A stretch of 24,000 nucleotides of DNA, taken from the NCBI RefSeq assembly GCF_002007235.1, contig NZ_MUHW01000025.1, positions 5,460-29,459 of the forward strand, written 5' to 3'. Both the position numbers and the translations under genes were made by a program. Shown one piece after another: positions 1 through 8,873 of this stretch. Position 1 is the first letter of the stretch, and each line of letters opens with the position of its first letter. This DNA is from Oribacterium sp. C9. GTDB lineage: Bacteria > Bacillota > Clostridia > Lachnospirales > Lachnospiraceae. The notes under the pieces were generated by a model. The model made no database searches, was not told the origin of the DNA, and worked only from the letters and a program-made list of their open reading frames with translations.

Positions 1-378
1 CTCGAGATAAATCTCCGGCGGCAATTCAGTATCCGTGGCCAATGTCTTCTTCAGCAAACATTTGCCTCTCATGTTATTCACCGAGACCACTGTTATGTTT
101 CGTTCGATACAAATACCCAGAATCTTAGTGAAATCCCCATCAAGTCCTATTCGGATCTTCTTCCGACCGACATGAGCTTCCTCTTCCATCTCACCGTTTT
201 CTTTGAGAATGCCTATCTCCAAAAGCTCATTGCTTATCTGTGTTACGGCTGCGGCAGTAAGTCCCAACTGTGTTGCGATGTCCTTCCTCGCCATATCACC
301 CTTATCGTTCAATAAACGGATGATCTTACTTCTGTTTTCTGATTTTACATCATTACTGTTTATCCCCGAGTACTTCAT
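1..378 (-). CDS. ROK-family (NagC/XylR-type) transcriptional regulator, N-terminal 126 codons; the ORF runs off the left window edge
   Basis: Absent from the ORF track because it has no stop in the window. My translation of the reverse complement from ATG at 378 gives MKYSGINSNDVKSENRSKIIRLLNDKGDMARKDIATQLGLTAAAVTQISNELLEIGILKENGEMEEEAHVGRKKIRIGLDGDFTKILGICIERNITVVSVNNMRGKCLLKK... This is a winged-HTH segment followed by the first strands of the ROK sugar-kinase-like fold. GGGGGA lies 4 nt upstream of the ATG. Confidence 0.7.
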   Translation of the reverse strand, partial: MKYSGINSNDVKSENRSKIIRLLNDKGDMARKDIATQLGLTAAAVTQISNELLEIGILKENGEMEEEAHVGRKKIRIGLDGDFTKILGICIERNITVVSVNNMRGKCLLKKTLATDTELPPEIYLE

Positions 379-492
379 ACCGTCCCCCACCAACAGACGA
401 AAACCAAAACGTGACATCTTGTCATGAAGTGTACCACCCACTGATGCGCACACACAAGTGGATGATAGCCCAAATTCACTGATTTCTTATCA

Positions 493-1833
493 TCAAAATC
501 TGAATACTTCTATATTCAGCATATTGCCGAGCATCTCAAGTTCGTCAGCGCAGCTTCCGTAGGTCACAACATAATGTGGCTCCCATCCATCCTTAACTGC
601 CTTCTCAACTATTTCCTTGGAATCATTTTCTGTCTTTACAACTATGGATGTTCCCAGGAACTGACGTGGCTTATCAAGAACAGCGCCTTCTGCGATAAAG
701 AATCTGAACTTGCCGTTCTCATCTCTTCCTACTCTGAAAATTGTGGCATGCTCTGTGCTCTCGCAGCCAAACTCCATGGTAGGACCAAGCTTTCTGTTAG
801 GATGTACGCCAACTACAGCGCCGGTATCCTTTCTTGCCAGATCACAGGAAGCCATTCCGCAATGCCAGAATGTAATGGTGTTCTCACCCTCATCAAGTGA
901 TACAGGATCGCCGAAGAAGCAGGATCTTCCTGTAAGCTTTGATCCGATATACATTGACAGAGCACCATAGGTATCGGATTCACAGCTTGCACTTACTCCG
1001 AGAGAGTTAAGAAGTGAAAGAACCGCACATACCGGTGTTCCGAAATCTGTAAAGAAATCCGGCCAGCAGCGTGAAGAAATGGCACCGATGTGATTCTCTG
1101 TCACATAATCCTTATATGCCTTGTAAAGCTTTGCAAAATCCTTTACGTTCTTCTCCGGTGTATTATCAAGTCCGACGATCTGCTTCTTTGCATCCTCGAG
1201 GTAAGGTGCACACTCTTCATCAGTATAGGACTTTGCCTTATTGATAAGCTCTCTTGACTCGATGGAATCAAGTGTTGCACCGAAAACCGATGTGATATCT
1301 GCATCCAGAGCTCTTCCGAAGCCAAAGCCCTGAGGTGTATGACCGATGGATACAAGCTTTAATCCCTTGAGATCTGCCTTGACTCTTGCTGCCTTGATAG
1401 CGGCTGCAGCCTTATCGATGATCTCCTTCTCTTCAGGTCCGCCGAACATATACTCGAACTTGGAATCCTTGCGGAATGCCTTGATACTGTTCGCTGCAGA
1501 GAAAGCACCTGTGAGTGAATTAAGTCTCAGTCTTCCACCATCGATAACAGGCTCTCTCAGTGTCCAGAGTAAGATAGGACATGAAAATCTGCGAAGTACC
1601 TCTGTTGCATATGCAGCGTTGGCAAAAGTAATGTTCTGTAAAACTATAAGATCCGGGTTGATCTCATCCAGGAACTCATTCAAAAGATCGATAGAGAGAA
1701 GCATCTCCTTAGGAACCACAACATCTTCTGTGATATCCTTAAGCATCTTTATTGATTTTTCGAACTGAATCTGTGCACTCTCTAAATGAAATGTTCCTAC
1801 TCCGATAGGCACATAAGCCACCTGAAAACCCAT
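493..1833 (-). CDS. L-fucose/L-arabinose isomerase superfamily protein (446 aa), substrate unknown
   Basis: Full-length ORF with a GAGGA RBS 8 nt before the ATG. The size and overall pattern (N-terminal Rossmann-like part MGFQVAYVPIGVGTF..., C-terminal GPTMEFGCE...IFRVGRDENGKFRFFIAEG) resemble the short FucI/AraA-like isomerase family. The assignment is from memory, not from a search. Confidence 0.55.
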   Translation of the reverse strand: MGFQVAYVPIGVGTFHLESAQIQFEKSIKMLKDITEDVVVPKEMLLSIDLLNEFLDEINPDLIVLQNITFANAAYATEVLRRFSCPILLWTLREPVIDGGRLRLNSLTGAFSAANSIKAFRKDSKFEYMFGGPEEKEIIDKAAAAIKAARVKADLKGLKLVSIGHTPQGFGFGRALDADITSVFGATLDSIESRELINKAKSYTDEECAPYLEDAKKQIVGLDNTPEKNVKDFAKLYKAYKDYVTENHIGAISSRCWPDFFTDFGTPVCAVLSLLNSLGVSASCESDTYGALSMYIGSKLTGRSCFFGDPVSLDEGENTITFWHCGMASCDLARKDTGAVVGVHPNRKLGPTMEFGCESTEHATIFRVGRDENGKFRFFIAEGAVLDKPRQFLGTSIVVKTENDSKEIVEKAVKDGWEPHYVVTYGSCADELEMLGNMLNIEVFRF

Positions 1834-1941
1834 TGTTATTTCCTCTTTTCCATTATTTAGTATTAAAATTATGTATTATTTTTCCGGAATGATGCCCGGG
1901 TCCGCATTTTACTTTTCAGACGGGGCATCACTCACTCCCCT

Positions 1942-3507
1942 TCAACAAGCCTCTTGAGCCTCAAGGTCGTTATGCATCTTGTTGATCTCTTCAGCCTGCT
2001 CTTCATTAAGGGCATCCACCTTCTTGTTGATTCGAAGCATTGACCAAACAAGGAGAACTGTGATCACAAGAATGATGAGAGATATAGGTCTCTTGAAGAA
2101 GATAAAGTAATCTCTGTCATAGGACATCATGGCTGTTACAAAGTTTGTTTCCATGATCTTTGCAAGGATAAGTCCGAGAAGAAGAGGGATAGCGTCTATC
2201 TCCATGATCTTCAGAAGATAACTGAACACAAGAAGTACAGCACAGAATACCATCTCCTTGAAGTTTCCTGTTCCTGCAAATGCTCCTGCGAAACAGAAGA
2301 GCATGATAGCTGGAGCAAGATAGGTGTACTTGACCTGAACCACCTTTGCAACGGCTCTTGTCATGACCTTACCTAAAGGCCAGAGGAAAAGGTTGGCAAC
2401 GAAACAGCCAACGATAATTGTGTATGCCTGAAGAGCCTGCTTTGTGAACATGTTCGGACCAGGCTGCATACCGTGAAGGATAAATGCTCCGAGAAGAAGG
2501 GCTGTAACACCATCTCCCGGGATACCCATGGTCATGAGAGGGATCATAGCTGAACCTACTACCGCATTGTTTGAAGACTCTGCAGCTGCGATTCCTTCAA
2601 GTGAACCCTTTCCAAACTTCTCAGGATGCTTTGAAAGCTGCTTTGCCTGGTTATAGCAAAGGAACTGGGCAACACCACCGCCTACACCGGGCATAGCACC
2701 GATAAAGGAAGCGATAATTGTTGAAAGTGCTGTTGCCGGAAGGATCGACTTTGCCTCTGAAAGGCTTAAGCCCTTCTTATCGATCTTATTGGCATCTTCC
2801 ATCTTTCCGCCGTTTACTTTGAACTCGGCAAGCTTTCCTACTACCTGCTTTAATGCTACGAGAGCGATCATGGCCGGAAGCATATCGATACCGAACTGAA
2901 GAATGGATACTCCAAAAGTAAATCTGGAAACGCCTGTTACAGCATCAACACCGATGCAGGCAATGAGTATTCCGAAAAGACCTGAAAGAATTCCCTTAGG
3001 AAGTGAATTACCGGAAACACCTGCAAGAAGTGAGATTCCGAGAACAGCCATTGAGAAATACTCAACTGATGTGAACTTTGAAACAAACGCTGCTATAGGA
3101 GCTGCAAGAACAAGAAGTAAAAGTGCTCCGATGATTCCACCGAAAGATGACGCAAAAAGTGATGTGTCAAGTGCCTGAAGAACTCTTCCCTTCTTAGCCA
3201 GCGGATAACCGTCAAATGTTGTGGCGATAGCCGAATTGGTTCCCGGTGTGTTAAGTGTGATGGCACTTATGGAACCACCGTACATTCCACCTACGTAAAC
3301 CGCAAGGAGTGAAATGATAGCTGTACTTGGATCCTTGATTCCGTAAGTAAGCGGAAGGAAAAGGATGATTCCAAGTGTAACGCTGAGACCCGGTATACAT
3401 CCGATGACCATGCCCATGAGCATTCCGCCGAATATAAATACCAGATTTCCTAATGTAAATACCGCAGCAAATGCGGAAGTAATATAATCAAAATATCCCA
3501 TAACCAT
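1942..3507 (-). CDS. tctA: Tripartite tricarboxylate transporter (TTT) large permease, TctA family
   Basis: 521-aa polytopic Gly/Ala-rich membrane protein. The N-terminus (MGYFDYITSAFAAVFTLGNLVFIFGGMLMGMVIGCIPGLS) is typical of TctA. It directly follows TctB- and TctC-like genes. The AGAGG RBS fits the second ATG (3501) better than 3507. Confidence 0.85.
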   Translation of the reverse strand: MVMGYFDYITSAFAAVFTLGNLVFIFGGMLMGMVIGCIPGLSVTLGIILFLPLTYGIKDPSTAIISLLAVYVGGMYGGSISAITLNTPGTNSAIATTFDGYPLAKKGRVLQALDTSLFASSFGGIIGALLLLVLAAPIAAFVSKFTSVEYFSMAVLGISLLAGVSGNSLPKGILSGLFGILIACIGVDAVTGVSRFTFGVSILQFGIDMLPAMIALVALKQVVGKLAEFKVNGGKMEDANKIDKKGLSLSEAKSILPATALSTIIASFIGAMPGVGGGVAQFLCYNQAKQLSKHPEKFGKGSLEGIAAAESSNNAVVGSAMIPLMTMGIPGDGVTALLLGAFILHGMQPGPNMFTKQALQAYTIIVGCFVANLFLWPLGKVMTRAVAKVVQVKYTYLAPAIMLFCFAGAFAGTGNFKEMVFCAVLLVFSYLLKIMEIDAIPLLLGLILAKIMETNFVTAMMSYDRDYFIFFKRPISLIILVITVLLVWSMLRINKKVDALNEEQAEEINKMHNDLEAQEAC

Positions 3508-3513
3508 ACCTCT

Positions 3514-3990
3514 TTAGATTATTCCCTTGAGTATTCCGGCCGGAAGATCCACATGGAACACATTCTGAAAAAGGAAGTAAACTACAACCACCATAGCCAG
3601 TGTATAAATGTAGATAAGCGGTTTTCTCTCACCCTCATACCATTGAATGGCACAAAAAATGAGCATTCCGGCAGGGATGAATCCCAGCGTCTTTGTGAGT
3701 GCAACAAACACTACCAGTGCGCCGATAAGAAGAAGCTCTTTTCTTTCGTTTTCCCAGACAAATTCATAAATATGCTCTTTATGGAAAACAAGGCTCTGTA
3801 CGAGAAGTACTATGGAACAGATCAGTATACCGACCAGGCAGATACCCGGTATGATCCTGGGACTTGGTGCTCCTGAGTCCCACATCGGAAGTCTTACCTG
3901 TGTAGGCATTATCAGAAGCATGATGACTGAGAAAAGTCCCATTACGATACCTGCCAACAGGTTGGTTTTAATTTTTATTGTTTTTTTCAT
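3514..3990 (-). CDS. tctB: TTT small membrane subunit, TctB family
   Basis: About 158 aa with four predicted hydrophobic helices, located between tctC and tctA. I place the start at ATG 3990 (MKKTIKIK...) because GGAG sits 8-9 nt upstream. The longer track ORF (to 4032) would run into the intercistronic hairpin. Confidence 0.7.
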   Translation of the reverse strand: MKKTIKIKTNLLAGIVMGLFSVIMLLIMPTQVRLPMWDSGAPSPRIIPGICLVGILICSIVLLVQSLVFHKEHIYEFVWENERKELLLIGALVVFVALTKTLGFIPAGMLIFCAIQWYEGERKPLIYIYTLAMVVVVYFLFQNVFHVDLPAGILKGII

Positions 3991-4018
3991 AAGAAAATCT
4001 CCAAAATAGACCAAAACA

Positions 4019-4048
4019 GCCCGGCACTGCACAAAGGCAATGCCGGGC
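4019..4048 (-). terminator. Intercistronic hairpin between tctC and tctB (attenuator or mRNA-stabiliser candidate)
   Basis: GCCCGGCA (4019-4026) pairs with TGCCGGGC (4041-4048), an 8-bp GC-rich stem with a 14-nt loop. On the minus strand it is followed by TGTTTTGGTCTATTTT. This arrangement commonly raises binding-protein expression relative to the permease genes. Confidence 0.4.
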
Positions 4049-4126
4049 AGCTCTTAAGTTTTTGACTTATTTATAATTCAATGAACAACAATTTATACTT
4101 GATAACGTGGATCAATACCTATTTAA

Positions 4127-5230
4127 TCAGTTCTGACCGCTGAGAAGCTTGAATGCCTCTACAGCTGCCTTACAAGCATCCTCATAGTGCTGAACATCAT
4201 CCTGTCCGTAGATCTCTGTATCGTTGAGCATGATGCTTGCGATGAAATCCTTGTATTCATCTGTTGCCCATACATCCTTGGCAACCTGAACAACTGCATC
4301 CTGCCACTCCTGTGAAGCACCCTTACGTGTTGCAAGAGAACCACCGGCTGGAAGGATTGACTTTGTGTAATCCTTTGATGCATCAAGATCAGCTGACTTT
4401 GCATCACCTGCAAGTGAAGGAACTGTTATATCACCCTGAGGTCCCTTGAAGCCCTTGAATGCATTCTCTGAGAATGCAAGTACAGGAATAAGATTACCTG
4501 CCTCAACGTCTTCCTGAGCAGCCTGTGTTGTTCCTACGAAACAGTCAACCTCGCCATCTGTAAGACCCTTCTTCTGAGCAGCACCGCCGTCGTAAGGTAC
4601 TACCATTACCTTTCCGCCTTCCTGTGCAAGAAGTGAACCTAAAGCAAGATGTGGATCTGAAAGAGGATTTCCTCCGGACATCTTAAGTCCGCCGGTCTTT
4701 GACTTCTCGATAAGTCCTGCAAGTGTCTGATCAGGTGTTGTGTAAAGGATCCATGTTCTGTCGTCTACTGTTGCAAGTGGAAGGATCTCACTTCTGTCAA
4801 ACTCTACAACCTCTGTATTGAACTGCTTTCCGAGATCATGACGGTAAGCTACGCCGTATCCGTAAACAAGAAGATCTGTTGTGCTAGGATCTTCCTGTGT
4901 GAATGCTGTAGCTGCTGCGAATCCGTCTCCGCCTGTCTGCTGCTCAACGATGAAGTTATATTCAGGATGAGTCTTTGTTGCTACCTCTGCGAACTTTCTT
5001 GCGATGATATCTGCAGTACCGCCTACACCGTAAGGACAGATAACCTTAACTGTCTCTCCGCTGCCTGTTGTAGCCTGCTTTTCCTCAGCCTTTGTCTCTG
5101 CAGCTGTCTCTGTTTTAGCTGCTTCTGTCTTTGCTGCCTCTGTTGTAGCCGGAGCTCCTGAGCTTCCGCATGCTGCAAGTAATGCAGCCATAGCTGTTGC
5201 AAGAATTCCTGCCAATAATTGTTTTCTCAT
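4127..5230 (-). CDS. tctC: TTT periplasmic-type substrate-binding lipoprotein, TctC/Bug family
   Basis: Signal peptide with lipobox (MRKQLLAGILATAMAALLAAC, Cys21). A low-complexity TEAAK-type linker precedes a ~300-aa Bug-like domain (VICPYGVGGTADIIARKF...). AGGAGG lies 8 nt before the ATG. Confidence 0.8.
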   Translation of the reverse strand: MRKQLLAGILATAMAALLAACGSSGAPATTEAAKTEAAKTETAAETKAEEKQATTGSGETVKVICPYGVGGTADIIARKFAEVATKTHPEYNFIVEQQTGGDGFAAATAFTQEDPSTTDLLVYGYGVAYRHDLGKQFNTEVVEFDRSEILPLATVDDRTWILYTTPDQTLAGLIEKSKTGGLKMSGGNPLSDPHLALGSLLAQEGGKVMVVPYDGGAAQKKGLTDGEVDCFVGTTQAAQEDVEAGNLIPVLAFSENAFKGFKGPQGDITVPSLAGDAKSADLDASKDYTKSILPAGGSLATRKGASQEWQDAVVQVAKDVWATDEYKDFIASIMLNDTEIYGQDDVQHYEDACKAAVEAFKLLSGQN

Positions 5231-5368
5231 AGTAACTTCCTCCTGTTTACTATATCTTTTTGTATTTTACGTGGTCCCTTCAGGACCCATAATTCAGTTG
5301 TTGTTTGATGCTGCATATCGCAGTTCCGATCAATGTATACGTTATGTTCAGCATCACTGCCATGCCGC

Positions 5369-6187
5369 TTAAAGAAGCAGCTTTAATCCCATGACAAAGA
5401 GCAGTACATAGCTCATTATCATAAATGTTCTCTGGCTCATCCTCTTATAAAGCATGGAGCCTATCTTAAGTCCCGAGAACAGGAACGGTGCTGCCACAAG
5501 TGCACTGAAAACCAGTGCAAGGTTCCAGTAGCCCGACCTGATGTCATCTACAAGCACCATACCGTTCAGAAATATCCATACTGTGGAAATCGTCGTTCTG
5601 AACTGGTTCTTATCCGGCAGCTTCTTCGTCAGATAACTGATGAGCAGTGGTCCTCCGCTGACAAAAATCCCATGTACAATACCGGCTACCGGAAGGAGCA
5701 GATACAGAAGCCTGTCCCTGAGATTTCCTTTTTCAGGATCCCCGGAGGTTTCCTCCCCTGCCTTTACATCCCCTGTGAAAGCAACAGCCTTTTTGTCTCC
5801 TTCTTTCTTACCGGCCCCGCTGTGCATCAGTTCCTTATACAGTCCATGAACAGAGACACATATAACGAAGATGCCCAAAGCGAGATACAGCATTTTCTCC
5901 CTGCCGAAGAGCTGATCCTTGATGAGGATACCAATGAGTATCCCGCATCCCATGATCACAACTATCTTCCAAAGTTCTTTCCAGACCACATGTTTTCTGT
6001 TTCCCAAAAACACATATATGCCGCTCGCTATACCAAGCACATTCAATATAGGCTTAGCCACCGCATATCCCACAAGCATAAGCCCGAAGGGCATGGCCAG
6101 CACAGTTCCTGCGAAGCCTGTGACTCCATGCATGATGTGAGTCAGAAAAATGGCCAGAAAGAATAAAATGTAATTTGTACTTAACAT
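5369..6187 (-). CDS. TauE/SafE (DUF81) family anion exporter; predicted sulfite or organosulfonate exporter
   Basis: 272-aa membrane protein built from two 4-TM halves separated by a charged loop (GAGKKEGDKK...). The N-terminus (THIMHGVTGFAGTVLAMPF) is typical of TauE/SafE. It starts 6 nt after the sulfoquinovosidase stop. Confidence 0.7.
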   Translation of the reverse strand: MLSTNYILFFLAIFLTHIMHGVTGFAGTVLAMPFGLMLVGYAVAKPILNVLGIASGIYVFLGNRKHVVWKELWKIVVIMGCGILIGILIKDQLFGREKMLYLALGIFVICVSVHGLYKELMHSGAGKKEGDKKAVAFTGDVKAGEETSGDPEKGNLRDRLLYLLLPVAGIVHGIFVSGGPLLISYLTKKLPDKNQFRTTISTVWIFLNGMVLVDDIRSGYWNLALVFSALVAAPFLFSGLKIGSMLYKRMSQRTFMIMSYVLLFVMGLKLLL

Positions 6188-6193
6188 TTGTTT

Positions 6194-8194
6194 TTATTTT
6201 CCGTATTTAGCACGTATACTTTCGAACAGCTCTCTGTACTTTGATGCCTTACGGTAAAATACAGGCGTGTCACCAAGCTCCGCTTCTACGACATTGACAC
6301 CATGTCCGTAGCTTCGTCCTGTCCAAAGGTGGATCCACTCGTCATCCGGAAGATATACTTCACGTTCTGTCTGCCCTGCTGTATAAACCGGTGCAACCAG
6401 CACATCTCTTCCGAGTAGATACTCGAACTGCTCCGTGTAGCACCTTTCGTCTTCATAGTGAAGGAACAACGGTCTCTGAACCGGTATTCCCTTTTCATGA
6501 TTTTCCTTTACCGCATCCCTTGTGTACGGTGACATCATAGTGTAAATGTCTACAAGACGTGCCATCCTGCTGATTCCGTCTTCGTCATCATAGAACTGAT
6601 AGCAGTCATCCGGACGGTTTCCCTCGTGGGTTCTCATAACAGGTGTGAATGCTGCCATCTCAGCCCATCTCATGAATACTTCCTTGGTTCTCACATTACC
6701 GAAAAGTGAAGTATATCCGCCGATGTCGCTGTGGCTGATTCCGCATCCCATCATGCCTGTTCCGAGAGCCGCAGAAATGACTGTGCAAAGTCCGTCATGC
6801 CTTGAAAAATCCACTGACTGATCGCCTGCCCAGAGAAGTGTGCAGTACTTCTGGCTTCCGTTGGCGCCCGCTCTCATGAAGTAAACTATCTTTCCGAGAT
6901 TGCCGGACTCCTTGACTGCCTCGTAGTTGCATTTTGCCCAGAGAAGCGGCCAATGATTATGCTCGACCATGGCTGACTTTCCGCTGTAGAGCACGATATC
7001 GTCAGTTGGAAGATATTCGCCGAAATCCGCCATCCAGCCGTCGATTCCTATATCGATGCTGTACTTTTTGATGATTCCCTTGAACCATTCAAAGGCCTCA
7101 GGATTTGTCAGGTCCACAGCACCGCAGTAGAACTCTCCGAAATCCACAAGATATGTTGTACCGTCATGACGCTTTGCGAAATATCCCTTCTCTTCACCTT
7201 CCTTAAACAGCTCTCCATCATTAACGAGATATGGATTCACATATCCGAGGAACTTAACTCCCTTTTTGTGAAGCTCTGCTATCTTCTCAGGAAGGTCAGG
7301 ATACATCTCTTTGTGGAAATGCCAGTCCCACTGAAGTCTCTTTCCGAAGCTGGTAACTCTCTTACCGCACCAGTCCTGACACCAGATTCCGGAGAGCTTT
7401 ACGCCCTTTTCCTGAATCTTTTCTGCGAGACCGAAGGATCTTTCATTTCCGCCCTGTACTCCAAAGATAAGTCCGTTGTAGACCCAGTCCGGAAGCTCAG
7501 GCTGTCTGCCGAAATAAGCTGTTTCCTTTAAAAGGAGCTCCTGAAAATCTTCAGCCGCCTCTATACGGACGGAAGCAGGAACCTCCCAGATCTGAAGCTC
7601 ATGGAATTCATCATTTCTGAAATCGAAATCTGCATAAGCTGTTGAATCAACATGGAGATAATATCTCTTTGATGAAACGAAGGTAGGCTCCGGGTAGTTT
7701 GTATTGTAGTAATCTCCGCCGGCCTTGTTCTCAACGTCTGATCTCCATGTAACATATGTTGTTTTGTCTCTGCCTACTCCCGGTTCAGATGTCCAAAGAG
7801 GGAAATGTCTCCCTCTCAGGTCAAAATATGACATCTGCTCTCCGCAGCCGTAGATGTGTTCATCCTTATCAGCTGCTACTCTGAACCAGAATCTGTTTAC
7901 TGTCGGGTCGTTATTCTCGAACTTTATTTCCGCGCACTCGCCCTTTACAGTAACTGTGGCAGTTATCTTTCCTTCAAAATCAAGGACTGTGGTTCCGTCT
8001 TTTTCCTCAGAAGCTGTAAGCTTCAAAGGAACCTTATCCTCCACATAATCCTCGATCTTGTAGTTTCCTCTGTACATGTCCACAGACTCTTTTCCGTGAC
8101 CGACATATATCAAAGGTCTCTCTGAATCTGCGGAAAGTATTATTCTGTCACCCTCAGCAAGTTTTAATGTCTGCTCTTTAACAAGTAATTCCAT
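6194..8194 (-). CDS. yihQ: GH31 sulfoquinovosidase (YihQ-type)
   Basis: 666 aa. The sequence GIWCQDWCGKRVTSFGKRLQWDW (coords ~7328-7378) has the Q-x12-R-x2-W spacing I recall for the YihQ sulfonate-binding residues (Gln288/Arg301/Trp304). GWMADFGEYLP matches the nucleophile region, LWAGDQSVDFS the acid/base region, and HSDIGGYT carries the Tyr508 equivalent. Confidence 0.8.
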   Translation of the reverse strand: MELLVKEQTLKLAEGDRIILSADSERPLIYVGHGKESVDMYRGNYKIEDYVEDKVPLKLTASEEKDGTTVLDFEGKITATVTVKGECAEIKFENNDPTVNRFWFRVAADKDEHIYGCGEQMSYFDLRGRHFPLWTSEPGVGRDKTTYVTWRSDVENKAGGDYYNTNYPEPTFVSSKRYYLHVDSTAYADFDFRNDEFHELQIWEVPASVRIEAAEDFQELLLKETAYFGRQPELPDWVYNGLIFGVQGGNERSFGLAEKIQEKGVKLSGIWCQDWCGKRVTSFGKRLQWDWHFHKEMYPDLPEKIAELHKKGVKFLGYVNPYLVNDGELFKEGEEKGYFAKRHDGTTYLVDFGEFYCGAVDLTNPEAFEWFKGIIKKYSIDIGIDGWMADFGEYLPTDDIVLYSGKSAMVEHNHWPLLWAKCNYEAVKESGNLGKIVYFMRAGANGSQKYCTLLWAGDQSVDFSRHDGLCTVISAALGTGMMGCGISHSDIGGYTSLFGNVRTKEVFMRWAEMAAFTPVMRTHEGNRPDDCYQFYDDEDGISRMARLVDIYTMMSPYTRDAVKENHEKGIPVQRPLFLHYEDERCYTEQFEYLLGRDVLVAPVYTAGQTEREVYLPDDEWIHLWTGRSYGHGVNVVEAELGDTPVFYRKASKYRELFESIRAKYGK

Positions 8195-8195
8195 G

Positions 8196-8873
8196 TCAAT
8201 AATGAAGCTCCTTATTTGGTCCGATGACTCCTGTGACTGCTCCCTGCTTCACCAGAGGTTCTCTCTCAGGATGACAGATCACCCATTTGTTTCTCTGGAG
8301 AAGAAGTTCGCTTTCCTTGTCTACAGGTGAAAGCTTTTCAAGAGGTGTGTTGGTTCCCTTAGGCAGGATAACAACTCCCTTGAATCCTTCATCAGTCACT
8401 CTGCATGGTGAAAGGTGAAGAGTTGTCTCATACATCTCTATCACTGTGCCCTTCGGTACGAAAAATACCTGCACATCATTTATGTCGTAAGTATTGTCCT
8501 TTATGTCCCAGACATGACCGAGGCAGAGCATGAAGTCTGTTATGGCAATGTTTATCTCGCTGCCCTTGTGATACTCGAAACCGTTGTAGGTGGTATTTCT
8601 TCCGTTGCAGTATCCGATCTCTATCGGCATACCTCCGTAGATCAGGTTTTCAACCTTATCCTTTACAGAAAGGCTCTCCATCTCGAGAACAGATGCCACA
8701 TAGACATTGCCCTGCTCCGGAATGGGAGTTTCCTTTTCCATGTAATCCACAACTTCTGAAAAATCGTATCCTGTGACTACACGTCCGTAGGTCTTGAAGG
8801 CTTCATGATCAAGGACTGACTTGATGGTAACGTCATTAACTTCATTTAAATGCTTTAAAAGCTCCATGATCAC
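8196..8873 (-). CDS. Small cupin-like protein, probably DUF4867 family; candidate SQ/sulfofructose isomerase or accessory protein of sulfo-TAL clusters
   Basis: 225-aa ORF. Its start overlaps the upstream reductase stop by 4 nt (ATGA), and its stop is 1 nt from the yihQ start, so it is tightly translationally coupled within the operon. The beta-rich sequence (GFEYHKGSEINIAI...VFFVPKGTVIEMYETTLHLSPC) looks cupin-like. The family name is recalled, not searched. Confidence 0.55.
   Translation of the reverse strand: MIMELLKHLNEVNDVTIKSVLDHEAFKTYGRVVTGYDFSEVVDYMEKETPIPEQGNVYVASVLEMESLSVKDKVENLIYGGMPIEIGYCNGRNTTYNGFEYHKGSEINIAITDFMLCLGHVWDIKDNTYDINDVQVFFVPKGTVIEMYETTLHLSPCRVTDEGFKGVVILPKGTNTPLEKLSPVDKESELLLQRNKWVICHPEREPLVKQGAVTGVIGPNKELHY

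Noticed and set aside
203-427. 74-aa plus-strand ORF from the track
   Set aside because: It lies antisense to, and almost wholly inside, the much better supported ROK regulator ORF (1-378, minus). It has no RBS, and its translation is low-complexity and membrane-like, typical of an antisense frame.
1346-1768. 140-aa plus-strand ORF. The same reasoning covers other long antisense ORFs: 574-900, 2903-3178, 3553-3876, 4838-5161, 5672-6166, 7166-7531, 8415-8759, 10009-10449, 11460-12002, 12349-12945, 13768-14064, 15360-15863, 16339-16689, 17990-18256, 21618-21887 and 22448-2906.
   Set aside because: All are embedded antisense (or out of frame) within long ORFs that carry clear family motifs. They have no RBS, and their Ser/Leu/Cys-rich composition is characteristic of shadow frames.
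3991-4032. N-terminal extension of the TctB ORF (MQCRAVLVYFGDFL...)
   Set aside because: The extension overlaps the intercistronic hairpin (4019-4048) and has no RBS. ATG 3990 has GGAG at the correct spacing.
5075-5149. Repetitive DNA encoding TEAAKTEAAKTETAAETKAEEK in tctC
   Set aside because: This is a low-complexity linker between the lipobox Cys and the binding domain, as is common in Gram-positive lipoprotein SBPs. It is not a non-coding tandem repeat or a CRISPR-like array.
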